Origin: a virus
Taxonomy: Duplodnaviria > Caudoviricetes
Virus record (IMG/VR): IMGVR_UViG_3300031992_000079
Coordinates: 12,269 to 76,268 of that record
Direction: 5' to 3' (one strand)
Length of the DNA: 64,000 nt
Part shown: positions 6,230-17,026 of the stretch, one piece after another
Layout: every line of letters starts with the position of its first letter
Numbering within the stretch: the stretch's first letter is position 1
The notes under the pieces: model-generated
The model's database searches: none
What the model was told of the DNA's origin: nothing
The model's input: only the letters and a program-made list of their open reading frames with translations
Program-made: the position numbers and the translations under genes

Positions 6230-8578
6230 ATGGCATTGACTGAATGGAACAATGAGCCATCTGTTTCTATATTACAAGCCGATTTACATAATTGCAAATC
6301 AGCCCATAATGAACAGGTTAGGAAAATTGACCGTTGGTTAAGAGCTTTAGCTGCACCTCCTCTGGAGATTAAAGATCCTACTAGAAGTAAGATAATGCCT
6401 AAGCTCATTAGGAAGCAAGCAGAATGGAGATATGCTTCTTTAAGTGAGCCATTTTTATCTGAACCTAATATCTTTAAGATTAATCCCATATCCTTTGAAG
6501 ACTCCTATGCTGCAAAGCAAAATGAACTGGTATTGAATAATCAGTTCAATACACAGATAAATAAAATCCAGTTGATAGATGAATACATCAGAGATGCAGT
6601 TAATAAAGGTACTGCTATTCTCAGAGTAGACTGGGTTGAGAAAAGAGAAGTAACTGATGTTCCTACTCCTAGATATGAATTACAGGCTGTAGACCCATCA
6701 GATATTAAGGCTGTAAACAGATTCAACAGAATACAGCAAAAATACAATGATACTCTGTATATGCAGAATGTACCTATACAGTGGGTAGATGCTATAGACA
6801 GAGCACAGCAGGAGACACAGCAAAGAGAAGCTCAGATACAGCAAGAGATGCAGATGCGATTACAGCAGATGCAGCAAACTATGCCTCCTGAGGAATTTGA
6901 ACAAATGGCTCAACAAGCTCAGCAGGAAATGCAAGCACAGTTAGAGCAATTACCTCCTATTATGTATGAACCAATACAAGTAGGAATGTTTATAAACCAG
7001 GAAGAAAAAGTAATTAATAAACCTTCTATAAAGGTATGTGATTATAGGAGAGTATTTGTAGACCCTTCATGTGAAGATAATCTAGATGATGCTGAATATA
7101 TCATCTATGCTTTTTCTTCCTGTAAAGCAGATTTAATGGCAGATGGCAGATACCAGAATGTAGAACAAATACCTGATACTGCTACTGTGGATTATGAACT
7201 CTTTAACTATGAAGATGTTCTTAAAGACCCTGCCAGAAAGAAGCTTACTGTATATGAGTATTGGGGTAACTGGGATGTAAATGGTGATGGTAATAAGATA
7301 CCTATTGTTGCCACATGGGTAAGTGATGTAATGATAAGGTTAGAAGAAAATCCTTATCCAGACCATAAACCTCCCTTTGTATTTGTTCCTCTGTTACCTG
7401 TATGTGAGAGTGTATATGGAGAACCAGATGGTGCTCTCTTAGGTGATAATCAGGCTATCAGCGGAGCTGTTACAAGAGGTATTATTGATACTTTTGGCAG
7501 AAGTGCAGCAAGCCAGATTGCTATTACTAAAGATGCTTTAGACCCTATCAATAGAAAAGCATTTCATGAAGGCAGGGATTTTGAAATTAATCCTGGTATT
7601 CCTGCTAATCAAGCTATCTATCAATTTACCTTCCCTGAGTTACCTCAAGCACCATTTGCATTTCTACAGTCATTACAGCAAGAAGCAGAAGCTCTTACTG
7701 GTGTAAAGACTTATTCAGAAGGTATTACAGACCAGTCACTTGGTAATACTGCTACTGGTATTAGAAATGTATTAGATGCTTCTAGCAAGAGAGAGATGGC
7801 TATTCTGCGTAGGTTAGCAGATGGCATTAAGAAAGTAGCAAGAAAGATTATTGCTATGAATGCTCTCTGGCTTAATGACACAGAAGTAATAAGGATTACT
7901 AATCAGGACTTTGTAGAAATACACAGAGATGATTTAGCAGGTAACTTTGATTTAGAGATTGCTATTACCAGTGCAGAAGAGAATGTAGCTAAAGCAGAGT
8001 CTTTGGCTTTTATGCTTCAGACACTTGGTAATACTGTAGACCAAGGTATGACTCAGATGATTCTTTCTGAGATATGTGAACTTAGAAAGATGCCTGAGTT
8101 AGCAGAAAGAGTTAGAAGATTCCAGCCTCCTCCTCCTGACCCTATGCAAGAGCAGATGATGCAGATGCAAATGCAGATGATGCAAGCACAGATAGCTAAG
8201 CTTGAAGCAGAAGTACAGAAAGTACAAGCAGATGCTCAACTCTCTGGAGCTAAGGCTCAGAGTGAAATGGTTGAAGCTCAGTACAAGCCTCAAGAGGTTA
8301 TGGGCAGAGCTGAAGGTGAGATGGCTAAGGCTGAATACACTCGTACTATGGCTAGGAAGCTTGACCAAGAGTATATGGACTCTGTGGCTGGTATTCAGCA
8401 CCAGAGAGATATGGAACTTATGGGAGCACAGGCTAAAGCACAGGCTGATAAATCTATGCAGGAAATGGGAATGAACTATGCACTTGAGATGGAGAAACTG
8501 AAGCAGAAGCGTGAGGACTCCTTACTCAAGTACAGAGCAGCTCAACTCAAGGCAAAAGACAAGAAAGGAAGTCTATAA
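6230..8578 (+). CDS. Portal protein (N4 gp59-like)
   Basis: 782 aa; PKLIRKQAEWRYASLSEPFL, YEYWGNWDVNGDG and RE..ILRRLA.G motifs typical of N4-like portals; synteny. Confidence 0.9.
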   Translation: MALTEWNNEPSVSILQADLHNCKSAHNEQVRKIDRWLRALAAPPLEIKDPTRSKIMPKLIRKQAEWRYASLSEPFLSEPNIFKINPISFEDSYAAKQNELVLNNQFNTQINKIQLIDEYIRDAVNKGTAILRVDWVEKREVTDVPTPRYELQAVDPSDIKAVNRFNRIQQKYNDTLYMQNVPIQWVDAIDRAQQETQQREAQIQQEMQMRLQQMQQTMPPEEFEQMAQQAQQEMQAQLEQLPPIMYEPIQVGMFINQEEKVINKPSIKVCDYRRVFVDPSCEDNLDDAEYIIYAFSSCKADLMADGRYQNVEQIPDTATVDYELFNYEDVLKDPARKKLTVYEYWGNWDVNGDGNKIPIVATWVSDVMIRLEENPYPDHKPPFVFVPLLPVCESVYGEPDGALLGDNQAISGAVTRGIIDTFGRSAASQIAITKDALDPINRKAFHEGRDFEINPGIPANQAIYQFTFPELPQAPFAFLQSLQQEAEALTGVKTYSEGITDQSLGNTATGIRNVLDASSKREMAILRRLADGIKKVARKIIAMNALWLNDTEVIRITNQDFVEIHRDDLAGNFDLEIAITSAEENVAKAESLAFMLQTLGNTVDQGMTQMILSEICELRKMPELAERVRRFQPPPPDPMQEQMMQMQMQMMQAQIAKLEAEVQKVQADAQLSGAKAQSEMVEAQYKPQEVMGRAEGEMAKAEYTRTMARKLDQEYMDSVAGIQHQRDMELMGAQAKAQADKSMQEMGMNYALEMEKLKQKREDSLLKYRAAQLKAKDKKGSL

Positions 8579-8877
8579 TGGAAGACCAAACTAAAGCACT
8601 ACAAGATAGTATTAGACTTGGTGATTTACTTAATCAGCTTAAGACTAATGCTGCTTTTAAAGAGTTAATCCTTAAGGGATATATTGATGATGGTATTGCA
8701 GGTAATATGACTGCATTACCTTTCTCTGGTAATAAAGACCAGAGAGAAAGACTTAATGATAATTTACTGGCTATAGCCAAGTTTAAGAATTACTTAGACA
8801 TGATTGAGCATACAGCAGATAAGGCTAAGTATATGCTAGAGAATCCTGAGGAGGAAGACAATCATGAGTCTGAGTGA
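8578..8877 (+). CDS. N4 gp58-like protein
   Basis: 99 aa between the portal and gp57-like gene; L..N..FK.LIL.GY pattern. Confidence 0.6.
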   Translation: MEDQTKALQDSIRLGDLLNQLKTNAAFKELILKGYIDDGIAGNMTALPFSGNKDQRERLNDNLLAIAKFKNYLDMIEHTADKAKYMLENPEEEDNHESE

Positions 8878-10009
8878 TGAGGAGTTTTCCTCCATTCCAG
8901 TAGATACTGCAATGGAAAGAATTGATGCTGAAGTAGAGAGATATGGTCAGGAATTAGACCAATACAATCAGCAACAAGAACAAGTACAGCAGGATTATGC
9001 TCCTGCTGAACAGCAGAATTATTCAGAACAGGACTCTGGTCAGCAAGTTCAGCCAGAGCAACCTCAGCTTGATCCCAATGTCTATAAAGAGGCTTATGAT
9101 TTTATCATGCAGCCTTTTAAGGCAGCAGGAAAGGAGTTTCAGTTAAGAGACTTCCATGAGGCAAGAGGACTGATGCAGCAGGGTATTGACTATACCAAGA
9201 AGCAGCAACAACTCAAACCTCGGTTAATGGAGATGAGAGCATTAGAGAATAATGGCATGTTAGGTGAAAACCTTAACTATGCTATTGACCTCTTTCAGGG
9301 TAAACCTGAAGCAGTTGCTAAACTCATCAGGGATAGGAAAATTGATTTAAATTCTCTCCAGACAGGCGAAGCCCATGATGAATGGGGTAATCCTACAGGA
9401 GAGGTTAAAGATGAATATGTTCCTACAAACCATAGGCTTACTGAATCTCAGTATGAACTTGAAGACACTATCCAGGAACTGAAGCAGTCTCCTCAGTATG
9501 AGAAACTGTCTAAGTACCTCAATGGAATTGATGATGCATCTGGAAGACATTTCTTCAATAACCCTAAGGATTTAAAGATCCTTCAGAAGATGATTGAGTC
9601 TGGCTACCATGATGAGGTCATTAATGAAATTGACTATCTTCGTGCAGTGAATAATCCTAGTGTAGCTGGGTTAAATGACTATGATGCCTATAACCGTGTA
9701 GGCAGAATGATTGTAGAGCGTAAATATGCTCAGTTGCAACAGCAGCAAGGTATTCCTAACCAGAATGCACCTGTTCCTCAGCAACAGCAATTCTATAACA
9801 ATCAGCAACCACAATTAACTCCTGTACAGCAACAGCAGATGTATCAGCAGTATCAACAGCAGATGCAGATGCAACAAAGGAAGCAAAGTGTAAGTCCTGT
9901 TAGGAATACTGGAAGAATAGCACCTCCAAAGCAATATGACCCGCTGTTCTCCAATGTTTCTGATGAGGAATTTGCTAAGATTGATATTAATGAATTGATG
10001 AGGAATTAA
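8864..10009 (+). CDS. N4 gp57-like protein (probable scaffold; often labelled tape measure)
   Basis: 381 aa, Q-rich; PFKAAGK...LMQ.G.DYTKK motif; directly before the major capsid gene. Confidence 0.7.
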   Translation: MSLSDEEFSSIPVDTAMERIDAEVERYGQELDQYNQQQEQVQQDYAPAEQQNYSEQDSGQQVQPEQPQLDPNVYKEAYDFIMQPFKAAGKEFQLRDFHEARGLMQQGIDYTKKQQQLKPRLMEMRALENNGMLGENLNYAIDLFQGKPEAVAKLIRDRKIDLNSLQTGEAHDEWGNPTGEVKDEYVPTNHRLTESQYELEDTIQELKQSPQYEKLSKYLNGIDDASGRHFFNNPKDLKILQKMIESGYHDEVINEIDYLRAVNNPSVAGLNDYDAYNRVGRMIVERKYAQLQQQQGIPNQNAPVPQQQQFYNNQQPQLTPVQQQQMYQQYQQQMQMQQRKQSVSPVRNTGRIAPPKQYDPLFSNVSDEEFAKIDINELMRN

Positions 10010-10010
10010 A

Positions 10011-11366
10011 ATGCCTGATTATATCTATAATCAAACAGGTTATACTGATACCAATAGCAATACTATCTCTTATGGTATGCAGTATGGTAATGGTGGTCGG
10101 CAAGCTTCTACTGTAGTTGATGCTACCCATGGCTATGTTAATTATGGTACTGGTAATACTACTGACACTGGTACTTATAAGAAGCAACTGGTCAATGACT
10201 ACTGGATTCGTGATGCTCTTATTGAGGCTGCTAAGACACAGGTCTTCCAGAAGTTAGGTACTGTTCGTAACCTTGCTCCTAACAATGGTAAGTACCTGAA
10301 GCAGTATGTCTGGTTCCCTCTGCTGGATGACCGTAACATTAATGACCAGGGTATTGATGCTACTGGTGTTTACTATGCCAATGGTAATATGTATGGTTCT
10401 TCCAAGGATATTTCTACCATTACTGGTAAGCTCCCTGTCCTGAGTGAGAATGGTGGTCGGTATAACCGTGTTGGTTTTACTCGTGCTGTCATTGAGGGAA
10501 CTATCAAGAAGGTTGGTTACTTCTTTGAGTTCACTAAGGATATGCTTCAGTTTGACACTCAAGCTGACCTGCTGCAACACATGAACCGTGAGGCTATGCG
10601 TGGTGCATCAGAGATGGTTGAGGACTTCATCCAACTGGAGTTAATCAATGGTGCTGGTGTTAATTACTACTGTGGTTCTGCTACTACCAATGCTACTATG
10701 ACTGGTGGTACTACAGCACCTTGTGAGCTGACTTATAAGGACCTGCTGAAGCTTTCTCAGATGCTTGTGGATAACAAGGTTGAGAAGTCTTACAAGATGT
10801 TCACTGGTTCTCAGAACACTGATACCAAGACTGTTGCTGGTGGTTGGACTATCTATGTGCAGCCTGAGTTACGTCAGACTCTGATGACTATGGTTGACCT
10901 CTTTAATCAGCCTGCTTTTGTTCCTGTTGAGAAATATGCTGCTGGTGGGAACATCGTTGAGGGTGAAATTGGTAAGGTTCTGGATTTCCGGTTTGTTGAG
11001 GTTCAGGAAATGCTCCGTTGGGAGGGTGCTGGTGCTTCTACTACCCTTACTCCTGCATCTGGTACTGAGGGACAACAAGGTTATACTCCTGCTGTAGTGG
11101 ATGAGGGCTATATTAACAATGGCTCTAAGTACACTGTCTTCCCTCTGCTTATCATAGGTAATGAGTCCTTCTGCAACATTGGCTTCCGTGGTAATGGTAA
11201 GTCTCATAATTTTGAGATTATCCAGAAGATGCCTGGAGCTGAGACTGCTGATATTCATCATGATCCTTATGGTGAGCATGGATTCTGGTCTATCAAGTGG
11301 TGGTATGGAACTATGATTACTCGTCCTGAGCGTCTGTTCTGTATTCATACTCTTGCTAAGGCATAA
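10011..11366 (+). CDS. Major capsid protein (N4 gp56-like)
   Basis: 451 aa; PLLDDRNINDQGIDA, LSENGGRYNRVGF and DPYGE.GF.SIKW.YG motifs; strongly biased codons. Confidence 0.93.
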   Translation: MPDYIYNQTGYTDTNSNTISYGMQYGNGGRQASTVVDATHGYVNYGTGNTTDTGTYKKQLVNDYWIRDALIEAAKTQVFQKLGTVRNLAPNNGKYLKQYVWFPLLDDRNINDQGIDATGVYYANGNMYGSSKDISTITGKLPVLSENGGRYNRVGFTRAVIEGTIKKVGYFFEFTKDMLQFDTQADLLQHMNREAMRGASEMVEDFIQLELINGAGVNYYCGSATTNATMTGGTTAPCELTYKDLLKLSQMLVDNKVEKSYKMFTGSQNTDTKTVAGGWTIYVQPELRQTLMTMVDLFNQPAFVPVEKYAAGGNIVEGEIGKVLDFRFVEVQEMLRWEGAGASTTLTPASGTEGQQGYTPAVVDEGYINNGSKYTVFPLLIIGNESFCNIGFRGNGKSHNFEIIQKMPGAETADIHHDPYGEHGFWSIKWWYGTMITRPERLFCIHTLAKA

Positions 11367-11389
11367 GAGATAATTTTATTAATGATTAT

Positions 11390-11415
11390 GGCTACCTCAT
11401 GTGAGGTAGCCTTTT
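11390..11415 (+). terminator. Intrinsic terminator after the major capsid gene
   Basis: GGCTACCTC-ATGT-GAGGTAGCC-TTTT. Confidence 0.8.
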
Positions 11416-11432
11416 AAGTAAGGAAACAAATC

Positions 11433-11975
11433 ATGGCAACCAAAGAATCAGTAAATTCCGGTGAAATGACTACTGAAGAACTTAGGGCTAAAGCCAAGTC
11501 ATTAGGAATTAGATTTACTAAGAATACCTCAGATGATGTATTACTTGATAAGATTGAAGCAGCAGAGAAAGACCCCAGAAGGGTTATTAACAATGAGACC
11601 TCTGAAAGCAGAAAGGTTTCTAAGGCATTACGCAGAGTAGAAGTAGCTCCTCTTAATCCTATGGAGCAGAATCTTCCTGCTAAGTATATTTCTTTTGCTA
11701 ACAGATACGTTACTGTAAGTAAGGCTGTTCAGTTTAATACTCCTATCTTCTTAGAGAAGTGCATTATTGAAATGCTTAAGGAGCAGAAGTTTTTGTATGT
11801 AAAGGACAATACTGAGAAGCATTCCTTACAGAAGTCACCAGAGAAGGTGTATAAGCCTGCTTATCAGATTACAGAGTTAGGTACTCCTACAGAGGAAGAG
11901 TGGAATAATGACCCTCAGTGGAAGAAGATGAGAACAGATAAGCAGCTTGCTAATCTGGCTAATGAGGGTAAGTAA
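11433..11975 (+). CDS. N4 gp55-like protein
   Basis: 180 aa; N-terminal LRAKAKSLGI small helical domain; synteny after the capsid gene. Confidence 0.65.
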   Translation: MATKESVNSGEMTTEELRAKAKSLGIRFTKNTSDDVLLDKIEAAEKDPRRVINNETSESRKVSKALRRVEVAPLNPMEQNLPAKYISFANRYVTVSKAVQFNTPIFLEKCIIEMLKEQKFLYVKDNTEKHSLQKSPEKVYKPAYQITELGTPTEEEWNNDPQWKKMRTDKQLANLANEGK

Positions 11976-12781
11976 TGGATAAGACTTTAGCTGAATGCCT
12001 AGACTCCTTTACTGAGAATAACCTTCAAGGTAATGGATACTTTGACAGGATAATGGGGTCTATAGAACTCCACATTCATGATGAGTTTGATAAGAACAGA
12101 ATTACTGGTGCTAATTATGCCCAGAGTTATATAGCAGCTATTCAGGCTGCTTTACAGAGTTCTACTCAGTTACTTATTCAAGCTCCTGACTTAGAGTTAA
12201 AGAGAATTCAACTTGAAGAAGCCAAGGTAAAACTAGAAGCAGCTAAAGTTCAATTAGAAATAGCCGGACTGGAGAAGGAAAAGCTCAAGTGGGAAATTGA
12301 AAAGCTTAAGGTGGACTTAGAGATTGCTAAGGTTCAGCTTGAGATTGAGAAAGCAAAGCTTGAGCTTCTTCCTTTCCAGAAAGAGTTATTAAGATGGCAA
12401 GCTGTTAGTGAACAAGCTAACACCTGCGATATAGTTAATAATGAGGAGAGTTGTTATGCTGGAGCTATTACCAATATACATGGCTTATATGGTACGAAAC
12501 TCAAAGCCGAAAACACACAAATAGAGTTATCGGAGAAAGCTGCATATCTTAATGTAGCAGAGAAGTTAGTTACACATCCATTTAGTGTAATTGAATCTGC
12601 TGAAGGAGTAGGTGCTTCTTACTTTGGCTTAAATGGTTCTAATGGTATTGAGATTCTCAATAAGGTTAGAAAAGCTTATGGTATGACTCCTTTAGATACT
12701 ACTACTCATGCAGGTGAGCATGCAGAGTATATGAACACATATGCTCCTGATGCTACTGTAGAAAACAGTGGTGACTCATGA
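11975..12781 (+). CDS. N4 gp54-like virion protein
   Basis: 268 aa; G.GYFD.IM...HI..EF...RITG..YA motif and heptad repeats (LEIAKVQ). Confidence 0.7.
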   Translation: MDKTLAECLDSFTENNLQGNGYFDRIMGSIELHIHDEFDKNRITGANYAQSYIAAIQAALQSSTQLLIQAPDLELKRIQLEEAKVKLEAAKVQLEIAGLEKEKLKWEIEKLKVDLEIAKVQLEIEKAKLELLPFQKELLRWQAVSEQANTCDIVNNEESCYAGAITNIHGLYGTKLKAENTQIELSEKAAYLNVAEKLVTHPFSVIESAEGVGASYFGLNGSNGIEILNKVRKAYGMTPLDTTTHAGEHAEYMNTYAPDATVENSGDS

Positions 12782-15387
12782 GTTGGTGGAATGAAGAGAA
12801 AACTTATGTAAATGTCTCTTCAGCAGCATGTATAGACTGGTGGGATGTTTCCTCTGGTTTATTAGGTGCTGTAATGCAACCTATCTTAAATGAGGGGGTT
12901 GAGTGGATGGATGGCATCCAAGATGCTGCACTCAATTCCCCTTATTGTACATGGCACCATTTAGCTAAAAAGAACACTAAGTCTGAGAAGCTTGGAAAGG
13001 TTATTGGTACTGACTTAACCAATGGTCTTTCCAAGAATTTCATAGAATCTTATATTAGATTAAAAGTATCTAATATCTCTTCTGTAGAATCCTTTGGTAT
13101 TAATGCCTTCCTTCCTCTGGCTAATGTCTACAATGAACTGGTAGACAACTATTCTTTTGACTATACCAGTGGCAGACATACTACTCTTGATGCTACTGGC
13201 TTACATCCAGTAATCAAAGAATATGTAGGTACTATTCAATACCAGAACCAAACTCTCTATGTATCTACTGTAGGTTATGACAATAGAACCAATAAGCAGT
13301 GTTACATCTATGCCTATAAGGTAGAAGAACATGAAGGTACCAGAATGGCTTCTAATTCTGGTAGTGCTTCATATCCTATTTCTTATACCTACACTACCTT
13401 TACTGAAGTAAAGATACCTCTGGCTTTAGAATGGACTCAGGATGAGTTTCTGTATATCTCTTACTATGACCATGATGGTGTTAGAAGAGTCTATGCAGAG
13501 AATATAGTTAATGCCAGTGACATTCTGAAGAATGAATATAAAACCAAGAGAGATATTCAATTCCCTACCTTAGTAGCCAGGAAAGATGCTAAGCCAGTAA
13601 GTACATCAAACCCTGAGTTATATGAAGAAACTCTAAGAGCAAGCCGAAGGCTTAGACTTGAATGGGAGGATATGGTAGCTCAGTTAAATGGAGATTTATC
13701 ATCTCTTAATGAGCCTACTGAAAAAGATAGGAAATACAGTGAATCTATAGATGATAAATGCAAGAGCATCTATACCACTCTGGCTGTAGATATTACTGCT
13801 AATAGCCCTTATGTTAAGGAATACCTTTATAGACTCTTTAGAGCAGTATATTTCAAGAACTCTGGTTTTGTATTAACACCTAATACTGATGGTGGAGAAT
13901 TAACTTACTCCTGTCAGGATTATCATCATTACATCAAGTATGGAAAGATTACCTATCAGAAGCATACTGGAAAGATATGCAATGTAAGCAGATATGCTGC
14001 TAAGTCTGGTAAGCAGACTGAGATAAAAGAGATAAGTACTGGTAATAGTTCTATTAAGATACAAATAACTAAGACCTATTTATTCCTCTATCATCAAACA
14101 ACTAAAGATACCTACTATGAAATTACAGTAGAGAATCCAGTACATTACACAGATGCTTTTGACCAGGATAAGGAAACTTCTTTACCAGAGTTTGATAATA
14201 CTAAGCACTTCACCAAAGCTGAGATTAAGAAGATATTAGCTGAGAGAGAAGGTGAAGATGATGACAGTGAAGAAGATGATCCTTTAGGAGACCCTACTGA
14301 ATTTGTAGTACCTCTCTATCCTGTTATTGTAAGACAGATGGGTTGTATGAGAGGTGGTGCTTTAATTCAGATAGCACAGAGAAATGTCTGGGAGACAAAG
14401 CAAAAGGTAAAAAAGAAATGGTGGCAGTCTACTGCCTTTATGATTATTAGATACATTATCTACATAATCATCATAACCATTAATACCATATACAGTGGAG
14501 GTACTGCTACTGCTCCAACATTTGAAGCACTTTCAGCAATAGAAGTATTATTCCAGGTACTTATTTCTCTTGCTATCAAAATAGCAGTAAAAATCATCTG
14601 TAAGATATTTAAGATAGATGCTAATACTGAATCTTTTATTAATGCCATTATTGATACTGCTAGGATGATGTATGCAGTAAGTTTAGATAATTCAGCAGTA
14701 GAAGCAGCCAGTAAAACAGGTGAGAGTGTGGCAGGTGCTGGTTTAGGTGGTTCTTCTATGGCTCTTGCTACATCAATAGGTAATAGTCTTGGAAGTATGA
14801 TAATTAATAAGAATTTTACCTTCCAAGGCTTCTGTGACATGTTAGGAGGTATTGCTACTCAAGGATTAGCAAGTATAGGTAATCAAGCCTTTAGTGGTGC
14901 TATGTCTGCTGCTACTGCTATTGCTGCTAATGCTTCTATGGTTACTGTATTTACTCTTGCTACATCTCCTAGATTCTATAATGCCTTAAACCAGAGAAAC
15001 TTCTTAGCAGCAATAATGGAAGGAATGATGGCTATTGCTTCTAGTTTCTATCTGGCTGACAGTTACTATACCAGACTCTCTCTAGCAGGTACTTCAGCAA
15101 GTAAAAGTATAGCAAACTTAAATCCTACTAAAGCAATGCTAGAAGAATTTAAGAATGGTGCTAGTAATGCTTTGAATAGTTTCTCTGCTGGTAGGATGCA
15201 AGACTTACAGGTACAAATGGATGAGTATGGAGAGAAGAGTAAAAAGCTATCTCATCAGAATGCCAACTTAGAGAAAGTAAACAGACTTATGACTGCTCAT
15301 AATAACCAAGCTGTACTCAGGATGTTAGTAAACCAGAGTTACTATGAGAATCTTAATGAACTGGCAAGGTTACAATCTTTTGCTTAA
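12778..15387 (+). CDS. N4 gp53-like virion protein with membrane-spanning segments
   Basis: 869 aa; KKKWWQS followed by long hydrophobic and Gly/Ala-rich segments; synteny. Confidence 0.7.
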   Translation: MSWWNEEKTYVNVSSAACIDWWDVSSGLLGAVMQPILNEGVEWMDGIQDAALNSPYCTWHHLAKKNTKSEKLGKVIGTDLTNGLSKNFIESYIRLKVSNISSVESFGINAFLPLANVYNELVDNYSFDYTSGRHTTLDATGLHPVIKEYVGTIQYQNQTLYVSTVGYDNRTNKQCYIYAYKVEEHEGTRMASNSGSASYPISYTYTTFTEVKIPLALEWTQDEFLYISYYDHDGVRRVYAENIVNASDILKNEYKTKRDIQFPTLVARKDAKPVSTSNPELYEETLRASRRLRLEWEDMVAQLNGDLSSLNEPTEKDRKYSESIDDKCKSIYTTLAVDITANSPYVKEYLYRLFRAVYFKNSGFVLTPNTDGGELTYSCQDYHHYIKYGKITYQKHTGKICNVSRYAAKSGKQTEIKEISTGNSSIKIQITKTYLFLYHQTTKDTYYEITVENPVHYTDAFDQDKETSLPEFDNTKHFTKAEIKKILAEREGEDDDSEEDDPLGDPTEFVVPLYPVIVRQMGCMRGGALIQIAQRNVWETKQKVKKKWWQSTAFMIIRYIIYIIIITINTIYSGGTATAPTFEALSAIEVLFQVLISLAIKIAVKIICKIFKIDANTESFINAIIDTARMMYAVSLDNSAVEAASKTGESVAGAGLGGSSMALATSIGNSLGSMIINKNFTFQGFCDMLGGIATQGLASIGNQAFSGAMSAATAIAANASMVTVFTLATSPRFYNALNQRNFLAAIMEGMMAIASSFYLADSYYTRLSLAGTSASKSIANLNPTKAMLEEFKNGASNALNSFSAGRMQDLQVQMDEYGEKSKKLSHQNANLEKVNRLMTAHNNQAVLRMLVNQSYYENLNELARLQSFA

Positions 15388-15440
15388 AAGGTTGTATAAA
15401 TAATACAGAATTGCTTACAAAATAGCAGTTTATTACAGGA

Positions 15441-16100
15441 GTGAATATGGCTTATTACAACGGAGCATTTGATAGTAACTACTGGAGTAGAGGTGGTACT
15501 GGTATAAGGAACAGTGATGGTTCCTATTATGGTTCCTATTACCCTACAGATTACATTGACCCTTTAGCTGGTATAAACAGAGAGTATAGATGGAAGTGGT
15601 CTCCTGCACAGTCTACTCCTCCTCAGGTATCTACTCCTACAGTATCTACACCTCAAGTTGCTACACCTGCTGCACCTACAGTACCTCAAGCTGGTACTCT
15701 TCCTCAGGTACAGCCTAGACAGCACATGGTAAATAATCCTTATTACTATGGCACCTATGATAGGAATGACCCTAATATGGTTAAGGCTATGGGAAATGCT
15801 ATGACTACTGGGGGTAGTTTACAGGATGCTTATGCTAATCAATTAGGTGGTGATAAACCTGGTTTATTTGAATCTATAGGTAATGGCTTATTAGATAACT
15901 TTACATCTAATCCTCTTGGCTTTGCAGGAGGATTATTTAATATGTGGCAAGGTTTCCAGAACTATAAGTACTTAAAGGATAATCTAGCATTACAGAAAGA
16001 TGCTTATGAAACCAATAAGCAGGTTCTCTTAGATAATCAGAGAAGAGCTAATGAGCAATGGGATATGCTCAAGAGACAGAGAGCTTCTTCTAGCTTATAG
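15441..16100 (+). CDS. Putative internal virion/ejection protein (C-terminus gp52-like)
   Basis: 219 aa, Cys-free; Pro/Thr linker; amphipathic C-terminus ending in a coiled coil (QKDAYE.NKQ). Confidence 0.55.
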   Translation: MNMAYYNGAFDSNYWSRGGTGIRNSDGSYYGSYYPTDYIDPLAGINREYRWKWSPAQSTPPQVSTPTVSTPQVATPAAPTVPQAGTLPQVQPRQHMVNNPYYYGTYDRNDPNMVKAMGNAMTTGGSLQDAYANQLGGDKPGLFESIGNGLLDNFTSNPLGFAGGLFNMWQGFQNYKYLKDNLALQKDAYETNKQVLLDNQRRANEQWDMLKRQRASSSL

Positions 16101-16107
16101 GTGATAT

Positions 16108-16929
16108 ATGGCTGATTACTGGATGTATAGGGATAATCCCTTTAATGTAAGTCCTAATCTATCTCCGGGAGGATTACCTGGTTTATTACAGCCTATAGAT
16201 ACATATCAAATGCCTAAGCAGCAATCTACTCCTGTTACTGCTAAGCCAAGGCAACAGTATGATTATCTTAAGGATGTTCAGACATATCATCCTATGATTA
16301 CAGGTGGGTACAATGTACCTGCTCCTATTCCTAGTACTACACCTGCTTCTGCTCCTGTAACACCTCCACAAACACAAACATTAGATACAGTGTTACAACC
16401 AGCAAGAGCTAATGCTGGTTTAGGTGAAGTAATTGACTTAGATAACTTAGCTAAGAGTACTGTATTTATAGACCCTAAGACAGGTAGATATACCTCTGAT
16501 AATGCTGCTGCTAGATACTTTATAAATAGAGAATCCAGTGGTAAAGCTAATGCTGAGAATCAAGGACATTATGGTTTATATCAAATAGGTCCTAGTTATT
16601 GGGGTAGTTATGGTGATAAATCCATTGATTATGTAAAAGGAGCATTAGACCCTGTTACAGCACATCAGGCATTTATTAATGGTACTACAGCAGCAGTTAA
16701 AGCATTACAGAAATGGGGAGTAGACCCTACTATTGGTAATGCCTGGATTATTCATAATCAAGGTATTAATGGTGCTGAGAAGCTTTTCTTAAATCCTGAT
16801 GCTGCACTTACAGGTACAGCTTATACAAATGCTATACATAATCTGGGAAAGAAACAGGCTGCTTATTATACAGCACATCCTGAACTGCTAACTGGTAGAG
16901 CATTTATAGACTACTGGAATGGCAGATAA
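16108..16929 (+). CDS. Virion-associated lytic transglycosylase (SLT/lysozyme-like)
   Basis: RESSG (catalytic Glu-Ser), GLYQIG and HNQG (YNAG-like) motifs after a Pro-rich N-terminus. Confidence 0.75.
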   Translation: MADYWMYRDNPFNVSPNLSPGGLPGLLQPIDTYQMPKQQSTPVTAKPRQQYDYLKDVQTYHPMITGGYNVPAPIPSTTPASAPVTPPQTQTLDTVLQPARANAGLGEVIDLDNLAKSTVFIDPKTGRYTSDNAAARYFINRESSGKANAENQGHYGLYQIGPSYWGSYGDKSIDYVKGALDPVTAHQAFINGTTAAVKALQKWGVDPTIGNAWIIHNQGINGAEKLFLNPDAALTGTAYTNAIHNLGKKQAAYYTAHPELLTGRAFIDYWNGR

Positions 16930-16944
16930 ATTTATAAATTATGC

Positions 16945-16974
16945 TTGCATTTATAAAATCTATTGTTCTAATTT
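16945..16974 (+). promoter_or_regulatory. Sigma70-like promoter of the 221-aa gene
   Basis: TTGCAT-18 nt-TAATTT in an AT-rich intergenic gap. Confidence 0.4.
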
Positions 16975-17026
16975 TCACCTGTACTCTAAGTACAAACCCT
17001 ATCTTTTAATTTTGTAAGGAAAATAT

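Noticed and set aside
4878-9373. GGC-GAA-GCC cores at ~4879 and ~9365
   Set aside because: Only 3-bp stems, inside coding sequence.
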